Notes under the pieces: generated by a model | The model's database searches: none | Seen by the model: only the letters and a program-made list of their open reading frames with translations | Told to the model about the DNA's origin: nothing | Part shown: positions 10,698-24,520 of the stretch, piece by piece | Numbering within the stretch: position 1 is the first letter of the stretch | Layout: each line of letters starts with the position of its first letter | Assembly (NCBI GenBank): GCA_043228905.1 | Contig: JBHGNT010000007.1 | Span: 15,810,001 to 15,874,000 of the forward strand | Length of the DNA: 64,000 nt | Source: Azolla caroliniana | Taxonomy: Eukaryota > Plantae > Polypodiophyta | Reading direction: 5' to 3' | Position numbers and translations under genes: made by a program

Positions 10698-11735
10698 GGA
10701 GAAGGAGAAGCCGAATGCATCCTCTAAGCCAGTCGGAAGTTGAATGCCGACTAAAGAACATGGTGAGCCGACTGGATCCAGAGAGGGAGTCAGATTGGTC
10801 AAAGAACAGTCGGTATCCGGTTGTATTCAAAGAGGAAGAAGAAGTTGATTCCGACTGAAATTGAGAACCAATCGAAGATTAGGCAGGACCTAATGAGCCG
10901 CTGATGAGAACGGAGGAAAAGATACCCTCTGAGAGACAGAAGACTCCCCCAAAGATATCCGGATAAAGAGTACGTGCTACTAACCGACGAGTGGGAGTCG
11001 GAGAGCTTTGAGGAAGCGAAGAGGGATACCCACAATAGAGAGTGGCTAAGTGCCATGCAGGACGAAATGGATTCCTTGCATGAGAACCACACATATGAGT
11101 TGACGGAGTTGCCGAAAGGAAAGAGGGAAACCCCAGAACAAGTTGGTGTATAAAAACTAAAACCAACGGATGGCCGAAATCTACCAACATATAAGGCCTG
11201 CATTGTGGTGGTAGGGCTTTTAAGCTAAGAAAGGAGTGGATTTCAATGAGATTTTTGCCCCGGTGGTGAAGATGACATCCATCCGGACGATGCTGAGCAT
11301 AGCCACCAGCATGGACCTTGAAGTCGAGCAGTTGGATGTCAAGACAACCTTTCTGCATGGTGATCTTGAAGAGGATATATACAAGCAACAACCAGAGGGT
11401 TCCTTGAAAAAGGGAAGGAGAACCTGGTATGCCGGTTAAGGAGGAGTCTTTACAAACTGAAGCAAGCTCTTCAGCAGTGGTACCGAAAGTTCGAATCCTT
11501 CATGGTGGACCAAGGGTATCACGAAACATAGGCTGACCACTGCGTGTTTGTGAAGAAGTTCGACGAAGGAGACTTCCTTGTCCTCCTATTGTATGTGGAC
11601 AACATGCTGATTGTCGGACGAGATGATATCAAGAGTGGAATGCTGAAGAAGGCCTTGAGCAGGTCATTCTCAATGAAGGATATGGGTTTGGCAAGACAAA
11701 TCCAGGAATGCACATTGTCCAAAATCGGACAAACA
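10698..11735 (+). pseudogene. Truncated Copia pol fragment (INT-RT linker and RT), close relative of the intact element; host of the chromovirus insertion
   Basis: RYPLRDRR..YVLLTDE..FEEA; IFAPVVKMTSIRT..LDVKTTFLHG; LLYVDNML; homology stops ~11735. Confidence 0.9.
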
Positions 11736-12319
11736 TACATATTATGCACATATTATAAACAAACATCCAGACACATCGAATCATGTACATGGACATATGA
11801 ATATATGCATACAGATACATATATACACATTCCACATATCACCATGTATATGTGTCATATGGGGTCATACAAATTACAATACCTACAAATTAAATGTGGG
11901 TTGAAGCACGCTACGGTGTACGAGAAAGTATTGTTTTTGATACTGTTAGTAATAAATAATTGAAAAAAAAATCGTGTAAAAAAAAAAAGATTTTGGGGAG
12001 TGGGGTGGGAGTAGTACAAGTGAGATTTAAGGCAAGGAGTGGGGGGGACACGTGAGGAGATATTCTTTCCATTTTGGGGGCTATTTTCCCCTTATGTGGG
12101 TTTGAACACTTTTTGGTGGTTCCCCTCAAACCAACTCCTCTCCTTCTATCCCTCTGAGTTCCTTTGAGCTCTGCATCTCAGGCATCCATGTCAGGTTTAG
12201 GGTAGTCCTGTCATCTCAGAGTTTTTGTTACGCATGTATATCGTTAGAGTGCGTAAACCCTATATCTCAAATATTTGGGTCCTTCAACTCTAAAGATGTT
12301 TTAACACAAGAGTTGAGGC

Positions 12320-12600
12320 TTAGAGACCGATCTGAGGCCTCTTATAATAGCCATTAGTGGTTTCTTCGAGAATGATTTCAGGCCTCTTCCACCGATTTTA
12401 GTTTTCATCTCGCAGTGATTTGAGGCTTATTCCACCGAGTTGAGGATCCTTCCACCAATTCGAGGCAGAATATCACACAGATTTGAGGCTCCCTACGCCG
12501 ATTTGAGGCACATTATCACTGAGATATGAGGCATCCTCCATCGATTTGAGGGTTTGTCCACCGAGTTTGAAACTTTTTCCTCGTCATTTGAAACTTCCGC
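12320..12600 (+). repeat. Degenerate short tandem repeats (ccaccgatttgaggc core) upstream of the transposase remnant
   Basis: Recurring ccaccga(t/g)ttgagg motif. Confidence 0.6.
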
Positions 12601-12949
12601 CACTGTTTTTGGAAGTATTTCAATACTTGTTTTAGGCTTTAGAAGTAATTAATTTCATTGGTAAGCACCTCTTTCAAAAAACATTAATTTTTAGATTTTC
12701 CAAATTCTATAGTTTCATTTTTAGAAATCTATTTTTTTTCATATTCAGAAATCTGTGATATAAAGAAATGATTATTTGTCATTTTTGAAACATATTTCTA
12801 ATGTCCGAAAGTGTTGATTGCTCATGTTTGCAGGCCCCATTTAAAAACATTAGACTGACATTTCTTAGTGTAGTCTATATAACATTAACTACTCTCACAA
12901 GACACTTTTTTTTTTGCTAAATCTAGTGACAATGATAGTCCCCAACAAG

Positions 12950-14166
12950 GGTGAGTTGTCAAGTAACTCATGTATTCGAAAGGACCAAGAGACGAGTGGT
13001 TCTTCACATAGTCCGTTATTTGCCGGAAATAACGAAGAGATTTAGTGAGGAGGATCATAGGGATATTATATGTAGAGTGTTACACCATCAACGTTTGACT
13101 GAAAGACATGGTTAGAATTAAATTTAGGGACCAATGTGTTTCAAAAGAGATTGTAGAGTCTATGAAGTCATCCCTAGACTTAGTGAAAGGTGTAGAGAGG
13201 ATAAACAAACTTGCTACAAAGAGGGCAACCCTACACATGGTTGTGAACGGTGTCAGAAAAAATAATATAGTGATACGAAAGTTGCCTTAGCCCTTGGTAT
13301 TCAAAGAAGGAACTTGATGAAACATCGCACAAAATTTACACTCAAACCAATTCAAGTGAGTGGGTGGGGTTAGGACGTAGACGACGATGTGATGCCTTGT
13401 CTCAAGAGATTATTATGAAATCGGATTCTTTTTGGGCAAAAAACACACGTGTCTCACGAAATAAGAAGAACTCGTGTAGACAACAAATAAGTCAGGGTAA
13501 GTACTAGATTCACCCGAGACACTTCTTGGAGCTGACTGAGGTATTCCATTTTTTTATATTAATTCACATTCCACAATTTTTTGTTTTGACTAAGTGTATA
13601 TTAATGTTTGCTCTATACTGGCTGATGTAGGCTGAATTGTACATGAACTTCAAAAACCAACATCCAAGCATCACTCTTGGATTTCGCAAGTTCCAAGGTT
13701 TGAAACGATATTATGTTACAAAATTAAAGGAGAGGAATACATTCAAACAATATTGTATACTACAACCAACGTGAAGACTTGGCAATTTTATTGGAAGTTG
13801 GAGATCATTTTGCAATGCTCAAATCTTCTCAAAATGAAGATTTAGAAGACTACTACATTGTGGTGTGCAAGCAAGGGAACACATTACTGAAAGAATTGGT
13901 GAGGGATGGCTGGGGCAACATGTTCAACATTGGTGAGTCTGTCATGTATGTAAACTATTATGCAAAGTTATCGCAGCGCAAGAACACATGCATTATTAAA
14001 AGATGCACCCACCGCAATAATCTATGTTGATGCCATTATTGTGATCAAGTTCAATATGACTCAAGCAAATCACAAGGTTAAGGGATACAACATTGTCTAC
14101 AAGGTACCCGAAGAGGTTCATGAGCACATATTGGCGGAGGTCTCCCTGTTAATGCTTGAAAGTTAA
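12950..14166 (+). pseudogene. Sola2-like transposase remnant lacking the catalytic core; intron 13541-13630
   Basis: HPRHFLELTE|AELYMNFKNQHPSITLGFRKFQGLK aligns with HPIHLLDVPQ|VDLFIRFK*MHPTIKVQLRKFESLK. LEVGDHFAM..DYYIVVC..DGWGN..YYAKL aligns with LNVGDNFDV..DFYILKC..DTWGN..FYAKL. Confidence 0.85.
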
Positions 14167-14797
14167 ACTATTAACACATTGTAGTTGGTAATTGAAAGTT
14201 GTTACTTCTTTTGTTCTATTGGATTTGATAGATGAATGGAAAAACATCCTCTTGTGTTTTTATTTGTATCTAGTGAGGTTATTAATTTTGATGATTGCCA
14301 AGTGAATCGATATATTTCTTCTTTCTTCTAAAGTGTTTCTAGTAATTAGAGAGCTTCTTTTGTAAGTGTTTGTTATAATTATAGAGTTGCTTGTTTTTAA
14401 TCCCTATTGCCTGAAGTCTTTGTTCAAGAACAGACGTGCATTCAAGTATCAATACAGCTCAAACTTATTACAGTATACAGATTAACTTATTACAAGCACA
14501 CATACTTATCAGTGAACAAACGTGCATTCATGTATAAATACTAATAGTAACAAGTATCAAACTTAGTAGTAAGTATTTCTAGTAATTATAGCAGTAAGTG
14601 TTTCTAGTAATTATAGAGTTTATTATTTCTAAACCCTATTGTGTTAAGTCTCTATTCAAGAACAAATGTGTATTTACGTATAAATACTTAGTAGTATCAA
14701 TACGGCCCAAACTTATTATAGTATACATATTAGTTTATTACAAGCACACATATTTATCAGTATACATGCATAGTAGTCTCCCGACGTATCTCAATTA

Positions 14798-14801
<4 letters not shown>

Positions 14802-14832
<31 letters not shown>
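14802..14832. repeat. (AT)n microsatellite
   Basis: Directly visible. Confidence 0.95.
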
Positions 14833-14835
<3 letters not shown>

Positions 14836-15199
14836 AGTTTTGTACTAATATGAATGTCACATGTTTACTAATACGTATCTAAGATAGGGAATGTTTTGAA
14901 ATCGACACAATCATGGGTGCACGACAATTGTCAACATTCTCATCCTCTACAATTAGCAATATAGCATTTCACATTACACTAAAATGAGTGAACTGGAGTC
15001 CAATTATCAATACCAGTAGAAAAGGTTTGTTAAGCTGATTTTGGTATTACAAACACTATTCAAGTATAGAAAATATTTTGGTATTACAAACAATTCAAGT
15101 ACAGACATCACTAATAGTTCAATTGTAGTTCAAGTACAAACAATTTAATAGAAAGACAATCAGTCACCATTTCACTATTTCACCAATCTTGTAATGCGC

Positions 15200-16940
15200 C
15201 TGTTATTGGTGCCAATCTTCTATTATTTTACACTCTTCTTTATCTTAAAGCCTTTAGGTATCAACCTACTAAGTGCCACTTCATCAGCAGAAGCATCAAA
15301 GACAGGGGTAGATGTACAAGCTTCTTGGATCGGTGGCAAGCTTGAGAGAGCAACCATGTTTTTTGCAATTGCAATACTTGTACACACATCCACAAAGGTG
15401 TTGTTGATAGTTAAATTATCACTCATCTTGGTCTCTAGATGTTGCTACTCCTCTTTGTGGGTTGTTACAGTACTCATGGTCAACTCCTCCTGGATGGTGA
15501 TAATCACCTCATTCTTAAGACCACCCTACTCCCCTTCCTGGGTGGTCTTTATTGCCCGCTTCTCATGAGTGATGCTAGTATGCTCATTGTCAGTACAATC
15601 ATACTCCTCTTCAGTACTAGTGTTAGGCAAATTGTTGTTTGTACATGTTTGCTCCTCTTTGTGGGTTGTAACAGTACTCATGGTCAACTCCTCCTCGCTC
15701 GTGATAGTCACCTCATTCTTAAGACCACCGTGCTCCCCTTCCTGGTCCGTCTTTATTGTCCGATCCTCATGGGTGATGCTAGTATGCTCATTCTCAGTAC
15801 AATTAGGCTCCTCTTTAATACAAGCAATATTCTTTCCAGACTCCTCGTGGGCTTCTTTGGACAAATTGTTGGTTGTACATGCTTGCTCCTCTTCAAATAT
15901 AAATGCTTCCTTCTTTTCACAATCCGCATGTGTGGAAGAGGTGCTTCTGGAGTTTGCCTCTGTGCAAAGAATAGTCCTAGAATTTGACTCTTCAACAGTT
16001 GTCCATATAGTTTCCGAATCGTTTGATTGTAGTTGGGAATCTACCTGCTCTTGTAACCCTAAATAGTGGGATCCCAGAGAATATCAGTATCAACTCACAT
16101 ACTCACAAGTGTGCAAACATGCTAGTAACTATAAACATAGGAGGTTAATAGCCACACTTTTACCTATTGTTACATCATCATATTGTACAACCGTAGACAA
16201 CACATTGCAAGTGGTAAGGTCATTCATCTTCTCCACAACAAATTGTTGTTCATTAGATTTAGGGATGGTGCCAATCACATGTTGGGGCTCATCACCATTT
16301 GAATCTTTCGTAATAGTATATATAGAATGCACCAAAAGCACCACTATAATAGGGTTGTTATGATCTAAATAATAATTATTTCCTTAGAGGGCTTTTGACG
16401 TGTACTTGGGAGTGTGATAAATTCTTCTTCATGATCAGGCTCTGGACTCGTATCTCCATCTCCTAAGATCCTTTCTTCATCTTCTAGTAACCCAAGTACA
16501 TGGTATTAGCCAATGCATTAGGTTCACAACTCTCTAGATAGGTGAGAACATATATGACTCACTATTGCATTCAACTATGCCTTTCTTGCCTTTTCCATAC
16601 AACTTCCTTGCAACATTCCTCTTCTTAGTGAGCTCTTTTTTATAGACATCAGACATTCAACGTACACACACAAATGAGAAATAAGATGTGAAACCACAAT
16701 TTGTGTTACCTGGATTGTTGCGATGTTGACCAGAGCTTGGGGAATTTGTTTGCAGAAGCACATGTTCCACTGCTCCAATGGCCCTTCTCATACATTCATC
16801 TTCATCATAAAACTCATAGGTTACTGGTAATGAATGTCCCTGAACCTTGGAATGTGCCAGATACCGACGGTTTAGGCACAAGAGTTGGTTGTTTCATTAG
16901 CTTCAATGGTATGGAGTTGCTTGATACCTCTCCAGTTTGT
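15200..16940 (-). pseudogene. Decayed antisense cargo gene of the second Sola2-like element (acidic, Thr/Glu-rich, contains a 204-bp in-frame tandem repeat)
   Basis: ORF pieces 15223-15426, 15526-15864, 16129-16344, 16657-16881; repeat units start ~15448 and ~15652; GT donor ~16709. Confidence 0.45.
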
Positions 16941-16989
16941 TAGAGCCTAACACAACTAAACTACCAAGAGTTGTAGTACTCAATCATCC

Positions 16990-17960
16990 GTAAACATTTA
17001 GTTCCCATTGCACACAAGTAGTACTAATCGTGAAGAGATTTACTACACACCTAGTTCCCAAATTACACAACTAGTACTAATTGTGAACAATGTACTACAC
17101 ACCTAATTCCCAAATTACACAAATAGTACTAATCGTGGAAAATATACTTCCTTGTACCCATACTAATTATATATTAAGACATGTAGAGGATTCTTGATTG
17201 ACAACATAGTACAACACACCTAATTCCCAATTTATAGTGTGTACTACACTTGTACTAGGCAAGTTGTAATATAGATTGGACTAATAACTAATACAACTAA
17301 ACAACCTCATACTTTAGTACTAAAGTGCTATTTTGCACACAAGTAATACTAATTGTGAACAATGTACTACACACCTAGTTCCCATATTACACAAGTAGTA
17401 CTAATCGTTAACAATGTACTACACACCTAATTCCCAAATTACACAAATAGTACTAATCGTGGAAAATATAATTCCTTGTACCCATACTAATTATATATTA
17501 AGACATGTGGAGTATTCTTGATTGACAACATATTACTACACACCTAAATCCCAAATTATTGTGTGTACTACACTAGTACTTGGCAAGTTGTAATATATAT
17601 TGGACAAATAACTAATACAAGTAAACAACTTCCTACTTCAGTACTAAAGCATCAAGTTTGAAACAACTAAACAACAAGGAATACAATGTAATTAGTTGTC
17701 GTCAATACTAATAGTACGAATGACAAAGAGTGATTTGTAATGTAAAGATTCTGTAGTGCTAAAACTCTACAATGCATTGCACACCGGTTTCAAAATGAAG
17801 TGTGAACTATGCTAGACTTTAAGGGAAAATGATTCTAGTACTAAACGAATGACAGTCCAAATTGCAAATATGAAGTTTGCACTAAACCAGTACTAGCCCA
17901 TCACATAAATAGGGTTCCACATATTAGTTGTTGGAGAGACACTAGTACTAACCCATTGTT
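16990..17960. repeat. Tandem repeats rich in (T)AGTACT(A): ~51-bp units within a ~325-bp duplication
   Basis: tactacacacctaattcccaaattacacaaatagtactaatcgt recurs; blocks at ~17092 and ~17417 are duplicated. Confidence 0.8.
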
Positions 17961-18105
17961 TTCCTAATTTGAAGTATGAATTGTGGCCTACACCAGTTCT
18001 AAACCAAATGTAAATTGACATCACATATAATACAAACAACAGAATAGTAGAGTCACATACCATACGACTGTACTTTTAAACCCCAAGGTAAGTACCATTC
18101 AGTAG

Positions 18106-18850
18106 TGTGAAAGTGTTTTTAGAATTCAAGGTATTGAAGTCTACAAGAATATAAGGTATGGTGCGTTCACATCCGGAGGGCAAGATCACGAGCTAAGGTC
18201 TTGAGGATAAGTCAAACAAAAAGCAAGTCACGTGGAGAAAAGTAAAAGAAGAAAAAAGCGGGCACCAAAAAGCAGTCAGAAACAAACGCTCATAACTCTC
18301 TCGTTTGACACCCAAATATCACGTGTAAATATGGGTTAGAAAGGTTGTGAAGAGAGCTATCCGTAGCTTTTTAAAACTCTAAATTTGGAGCATGGATGAG
18401 GGAGATATGACGATTAGAAGATCGTTGTGTCATAACTAAGAATAGGAGATGGAAAAGCTCTAAAAAAAGCGTGGAAAAGAAAGCAAGCGAAACTTATCTA
18501 CTAGAGGAGAACTTCATATAAAGCAAGAAGAGTGAGGTGGTGAGAGGGAGCTTTTTTCTAGTGGTGTTTTTCTTGCCTATTCATGTAGTGTGTTTTTCTA
18601 GTGATCAATTCATCTTTGTAGGCTTGAGTTTATGTATCTTCTTTCTCTTGTTTCTATGATCATCACTCCTTATTAATATATCTTGGTAGATTTGGGTTTC
18701 TATATCTTCCTTCTCTCTCTTTTCTATCATCATATCTCTTTTCAAGTAGCAACTATACTTTTACAGTCCATATATGTATTTTCTTTCTCAAAATGGTACT
18801 TAGCACATAGCAAATGATATGTGTGCAAGCATGGTGTAATCATAACATCC
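18106..18850 (+). repeat. LTR (probable solo), same family as 28311-29060; right end uncertain
   Basis: tgtgaaagtgtttttagaattcaag... is the reverse complement of ~28760-29060. Confidence 0.75.
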
Positions 18851-19529
18851 ATAGCCTCAAGCTTGAATCCAAGGCCACAAATATACACCTGGAAGTTTGT
18901 AGACACCAGTAGCAATATATTAGCTAATATGATATTTTATACCATAGAAGTAAAAATAAATAACTTATAAAGCCAATACGGTGATATAGCTATACTTGTA
19001 ATGGTATTTTCCATACCAACTGGGTGCTCAACTATAGATGGACACAAAGTTTCAAAACCTTTCCATTGTAAATCTTTCATCAAGCACGCAAGGTTCTCAT
19101 AATGCAACTTTAAAGCTCACAACTTATTATCAAGTTCACAATGCGCATTTTTGGGAGTATCAAGGTCTATCATTTGTGATCCTAATTTAGTGCCCATATT
19201 GTTCAGCTCTTTCTTTAACTCCTCTTTCACCACATTAGTTTCTGAATTTAGGATTGTAGATGCAATCCATTTATATGTAGTCTTTATTGAAGGGATTTGC
19301 TTTTCTACCGCCATCTCAACTGATTTAACTGCTTCCAAATCAGCAAGCAATGCTTGTATTTTTTAGTTCATGGCATGTATGCAACCAACCATCATCTGTT
19401 CATGCTTTTCAGTCATTGTGACCCTTACTTTTGCAGATTCAACTTGGTGGATAGGTGTTGTAGATTCAATTGAGACATAGAGCGAATTTGATGATGGCAT
19501 CATGTCGGACAAGCACCTCCAACTTGGAA

Positions 19530-22500
19530 AATGTGTGGTTTGGCGACTCGGGTGCATCTAACCACATGACATCCCACGAGTATTAGTTCATAGAGCTACG
19601 AAAGCCCAATCGATCCGGCTATGTGGAAATTGGGGATGACACAATTCACCCCATTCAGCATGTCGACAATGTCTCATTTGGGGAAGAAGGCAATCAAACC
19701 TACCTCAAGAACGTTCTGCATGTTCCTACAATAACAAAGAACTTGGTCTCAATTGCCGAGATAGTCGCACAAGGCATGCAAGTCTGCTTCAACGATGAAG
19801 GATGTTTCATCAAAAAAGAAGATTGACTCATCGCTCGTTGTTAGAGAGAAGGTCGGATGTTCATCCTTGACTCTCACGAGATGAAATTGGCAATGTATAC
19901 CAAGGACCAGAGAGCCAACACTGACATAGAGTTATGGCACAAGAGGATAGGCCACATCAATCTCCATAAGCTCAAAGGAATGTAGTTGAAAAGAGTCGTC
20001 ACTAGACTCTCAACCTTCACCGAAAATGAAATTGCAAGCATGTGTGAAGCTTGCACCAACAACCGTTCCCAAAAGAGAGGAACATAAGCAAAGGGATCCT
20101 AGATGTAATACATTCAAATGTATGGGGACCAGCCCAAACATTACCATTTGGTGGTTGGTGATACTACATAACGTTCATCGACAACTTCTCCAGACATACC
20201 TGGATTTATCCCATGCGCTAGTAGAGTGAAGTGTTCTGGCACTTCTAGAAATTCAAGAACAAAGTCAAAAAGGCAAGCAATTGTCATGTACAATGCCTTC
20301 GATCGGACCACGTGAGTTTACTTGTAGACGCCTTTACAACATACCTTTGATAAGAAGGAATCCGGTGGGAGTTTACTTGCCGACACACACCTCTACAGAA
20401 CGGAGTAGCCAAATGCAAGAAACGACACATACTCGAGGTGGCAAGGGCAATGATGAACGAGAAACATCCGCCAAAGTCATATTGGGTTGAAGCGGTGAAT
20501 ATGATAATCTATCTAATGAATCACTGCACAACATCAGGAATGCACAATATTATCCCCCATGACAGGTTCTATGGGAAGAAACCGGATCTATCCCATGTTA
20601 AGATATTTGGTTCAATAGCATATGAACATACTCCCGATGAGATGCAACATAAGCTCAATCCCAAGTCAGAGAAATGTATACTCGTAGGGTACTCACTTGA
20701 GCAAAAAGGGAATAAGTGCTTCAACCTTTCCACAAAGAAGGTACGAGTGAGTAGGGATGTCGTATTTGATGAGTCAACATCCTCATATACAGTCGAATCA
20801 GCCCCATCCAACACCATCGAAACCGAGTTCGACACACATGCGGAAGAGGATGATCGACTGAGGCTCATATCAGAGCGATGTCCAATCTCAACCAGGTTGA
20901 GTGGACCACAAGAGCCTCCAAGTCACCAAAGCACATCCCGACTGAGTCCGAAATAGGACAAAGGAAAGACCAAAATGCATGAATACGAAGACTCAGATAG
21001 AAACGAATCGGACCATTCACCCGATAGTGAACATGGTGGACTAGATGTGCCCATCATGAAGACACTAGGAGAACCACATTGCTCCACCCAAGAGAAGAAC
21101 GTAGTCAGCCGATTTGGCTACATTGACTACATGGCATATCATTATGCATTCATGATGAAGGTGGTGACAATCCAAGAACCGGAAATGTTTTCCAAAGCTG
21201 CGAAGGACCCTAGATGGGTCGAAGCGATGAATGAGGAGATGCAAGAATGAGACATGGGATCTCGTCCCTTCGTTATCATGAATTTATTGCTTCACGATAT
21301 CAAAAATCTATAGAAAGAAATTTCCTATATGGAGTTTGTGACGAGGAGCATTTGCAAATTTTCAGTTCGTGAATTGGAAATTAGGAGCCCAAGATACAAG
21401 CTTCAGAAGGATTAATGTTACTTGGGACACAAATGTAATTATGTCAAAAGGGGGAGTCAAAATTATATGTGCTATTTCTATAATTTCTCAAATGTACAAC
21501 TACAAAATCGAATTTGTAGAATCAATAAACAAAATAATAGGAAATCAATATAAAAATAATAAAAATAAAAAATAAAAATAAAAATAATTTGTCAACCGCC
21601 TCAGGAGGGTGGTAGGACGGTTGACCACCCTATATAAGCCACGCCCATGGTGGCTAAAGAGGGAAGAAGGAGAAGAAAAGGAAGGAAAAGCGAGTGAAGA
21701 AGGTCGTGTGGGTATGGGATGCAGAGCTCGCCAAAGAAGATGGTGGCTTGCATAAATCAAGACAAGACTTAAAGAAAAGAGAAGAAAGGAAATACAAAAA
21801 AAGGAAGAAGTTGAAGTGGTGTATCTCAGATGCCTCCTTGTAAACAAAAGGTTGTGAGTTTGAGTCCTCTTAGAACAACTTCTTTTGGTAATCGAATTTT
21901 GTAATATAAATTTAGCATATATAAACTGAAAGAGAAAGACAAACAAATAGAAACCGAAGAGGTTGAAGTGGTCTATCTCAAACGCATACTTTTCTCAAAA
22001 TAGAGTTCGTGAGTTCAAGACTTGCCAAGTAGCTTTTGGCAAATAAATATTGTAAGTGGTTGGTTTACAAATAACATTCTTTTCGCAACAACGTCGCATC
22101 TATATTGCCTTCTCGACTTCTTGTCATCGCACCATTTGCGATTACGCCTTGTCACTCTAATCATCCCCAAGTCATAGAACCTCGGCAGTTGCGACACACA
22201 ACCACAATCTTCTCGACATCGTCACACCACGAAATGGCAATTGGATGGTCATGGATCTTCAAAGTGAAGTACAACTCCAACGGCACTATCAATCGGTACA
22301 AGGCTTGGCTTGTGGCAAAGGGTTATGTGCAAACGCACGATGTCGATTATGAAGAAACCTTTGCAGCAATGGCAAAGATGACAACCATTCGAACTGTGAT
22401 AGCACTCGCAACAGCCAAGGGATGGCACCTCCATCAAATGGACATCAAGAATGCCTTTCTCGAGGGCAAATTAGATAAGGAGGTGTACATGGTACAACCA

Positions 22501-24300
22501 CCAGGCTTCAAGTCGAGCACTCACCCACAAGCAGTATGTCGAGTCAAAAAGCCTCTCTACGGCCTCAAGTAGACACCTCGAGCCTTGCACTCGAAGATAA
22601 CCCATTATCTTCATCAAATAAGATTCAACGTGTCCAAATCTGACAACTGTCTGTTCATCCAGAGCGACTTCGGAGGATAGGTATTTATCATCATTTATGT
22701 GGATGACTTGGTCATAGGATGAGAGCACTTAGTAGATATTGAGCACATCAAGAAGCTCCTCTCCAACCGATTTGAAATGAAAGCCCTAAAGGAGCTTCAT
22801 TACTTTCTAGGAATAGAAGTAATTCGGACTCCTGATGGCATCATGCTTTCTCAAAGGCACGATATCCTCCATCTCCTTTACAAGTTTGGGATGACACAAT
22901 GTAAGCCTATCACTACCCCTCTCGATCGAAATCTAAAGCTAGATGTCGACTCAGGCACAAGTGAGTGTGAGCCGATTTTTTATCGTGAGCTAGTCAAAAG
23001 CCTAATCTACCTCACAATTACCTAACCCGACCTGAGTTACCCGGTCGGCCTCCTTAGTCATTTCATGCAAACTCCATGAGACATCCATCTCGACTATGTT
23101 AAGAAAGTGCTAAGGTATGTGAGTGGAACCACAGATTTCAACATCCTCTACATATCGGCGACACTGATACAACTCGAAGGGTACACAGATGCCGAACGGG
23201 CTGGCTACAAAGTCAACAAACAATGAACCTCAAGGTTCTTCTCCCTCGGCAGCTAAGCCATCCCCTAGAGAAACAAAAGGTAGCCGACAGTTGCACGGTC
23301 GAGCACAGAGGCTGAATACAGGGGTGCGACTGTTGCCGCCTGTGATGCCGTTTGGCTAAAACGGATATTGAAGGATCTTGGCATTCCCATATCATATCCG
23401 ATTCTCCTCTATTGCGACAACATGAGGAACATTCACGCTCGGACCAAGCACATCAAAGTGCAGTATCACTTCATCTGAGAGCGTGTTCTAGCCAGGGATG
23501 TCGACCTGCAATACATAAGAAGGAACCTACATACGGCTGACATCTTCACCAAGCCTTTGGGAGTTGACAAGTTGTGACATTTCATGATGAACCTGGGTTT
23601 TTTGAGCATTGACCAGCCAGGCTTGAGGGGGACTAAGGAGCATCAGGAGTAAACCGGAGTCAACTCAAACCCAACCTGAAGACTAGTCCAAACCAACCAT
23701 CCGACGACCGGAAGTTGTATTTGAAGGTGAGTGTTGAGAATCAAACTCAACGTTTCTATGTTTCTATTGTGGAGAGATTAATGGATATGGTTATGGAAGA
23801 GATGTTTAAAGGTTAGAAGTAATGTGTGTGGTCACATTGTAGGAAATTAGGGACTTAAATGTTGAAGTTTTCTTAGAGAAAAACTCGGTATGTGTTTGTT
23901 CTGGCATTGTAGCAACTTCATGCAGTGAAGTTCTGGCTCTTCAAAGTTGAATGTTGTGAATTATTCTTCCACATCACATGGTATATTCTTGTTATTATAT
24001 ATTGTTACCCGTAAGAATATATGGGGAGGCATAAGGGTATGTGTAATGATGTGCCTGTGTAAAGTAAATGAGTGTGTGAGGATGAGTATGTGTATGGACA
24101 CATGCACAACTATGTGCATATGTACAAGAATGCGTAATAGTCTTATTTATAACGGTCATGTAACTGTTACATTGGATGTATTATATAAACCCCCTATGGG
24201 GTATGTAAGGAATAAATTTTTCCCTCTCATTTTGGTGTGTTTCTTTGTTTCACTCTCCTTCTCTCTCTCTATCGTTCTTGGCTTCACCCCCCACTCAACA
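19530..24300 (+). mobile_element. Decayed, 5'-truncated Copia (protease-INT-RT-RNase H) with 3' LTR 23732-24300
   Basis: DSGASNHMT; LWHKRIGH; KLNPKSEKCILVGY; QMDIKNAFL..LYGLK; YVDDL; purine tracts ~23622 and ~23722; LTR tgttgagaatc...ctcaaca. Confidence 0.88.
21274..22218. repeat. Solo-LTR-like insertion in the Copia RT
   Basis: Splits WDLVP/S..HEMAIGW; termini tatcatga...tcgaca; TCGT duplicated on both sides. Confidence 0.7.
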
Positions 24301-24520
24301 ACACTTTTGGCATGCTTTACAGCCAATCTTCCCTTGAGAGGAAGTCTGTCTGTCTCTCTCCCCCTAACTATCTATTTGCTGGTGTCTTTTGTTATAGTGT
24401 GGTTGGTGTGTGTTTCTATGTGTGAGAGCTAGTGACGATGGCAATGGCGATCTATTGCTTGTGTTTCTAATGGATCCAAGGCTTTATGGACATGGCCTCG
24501 CAGATCTCCTCTGCTCTCTC

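Larger units (their letters stand above)
11898..18105 (+). mobile_element. Internally deleted Sola2-like DNA transposon (second family); right end not found
   Basis: Starts GGGTTGAAGCACGC, similar to the TIR at 38067 (GGGTGAAAGCATGC). Transposase N- and C-terminal remnants are homologous to 39476-42754. Right coordinate is only where an LTR interrupts. Confidence 0.65.

Noticed and set aside
18101-18749. AGTAG as TSD defining a solo LTR 18106-18744
   Set aside because: A CA+AGTAG match exists, but the end does not match the 28311 LTR terminus, so it may be chance
23947-24432. 161-aa hydrophobic ORF
   Set aside because: Lies in LTR and CT/GT low-complexity sequence
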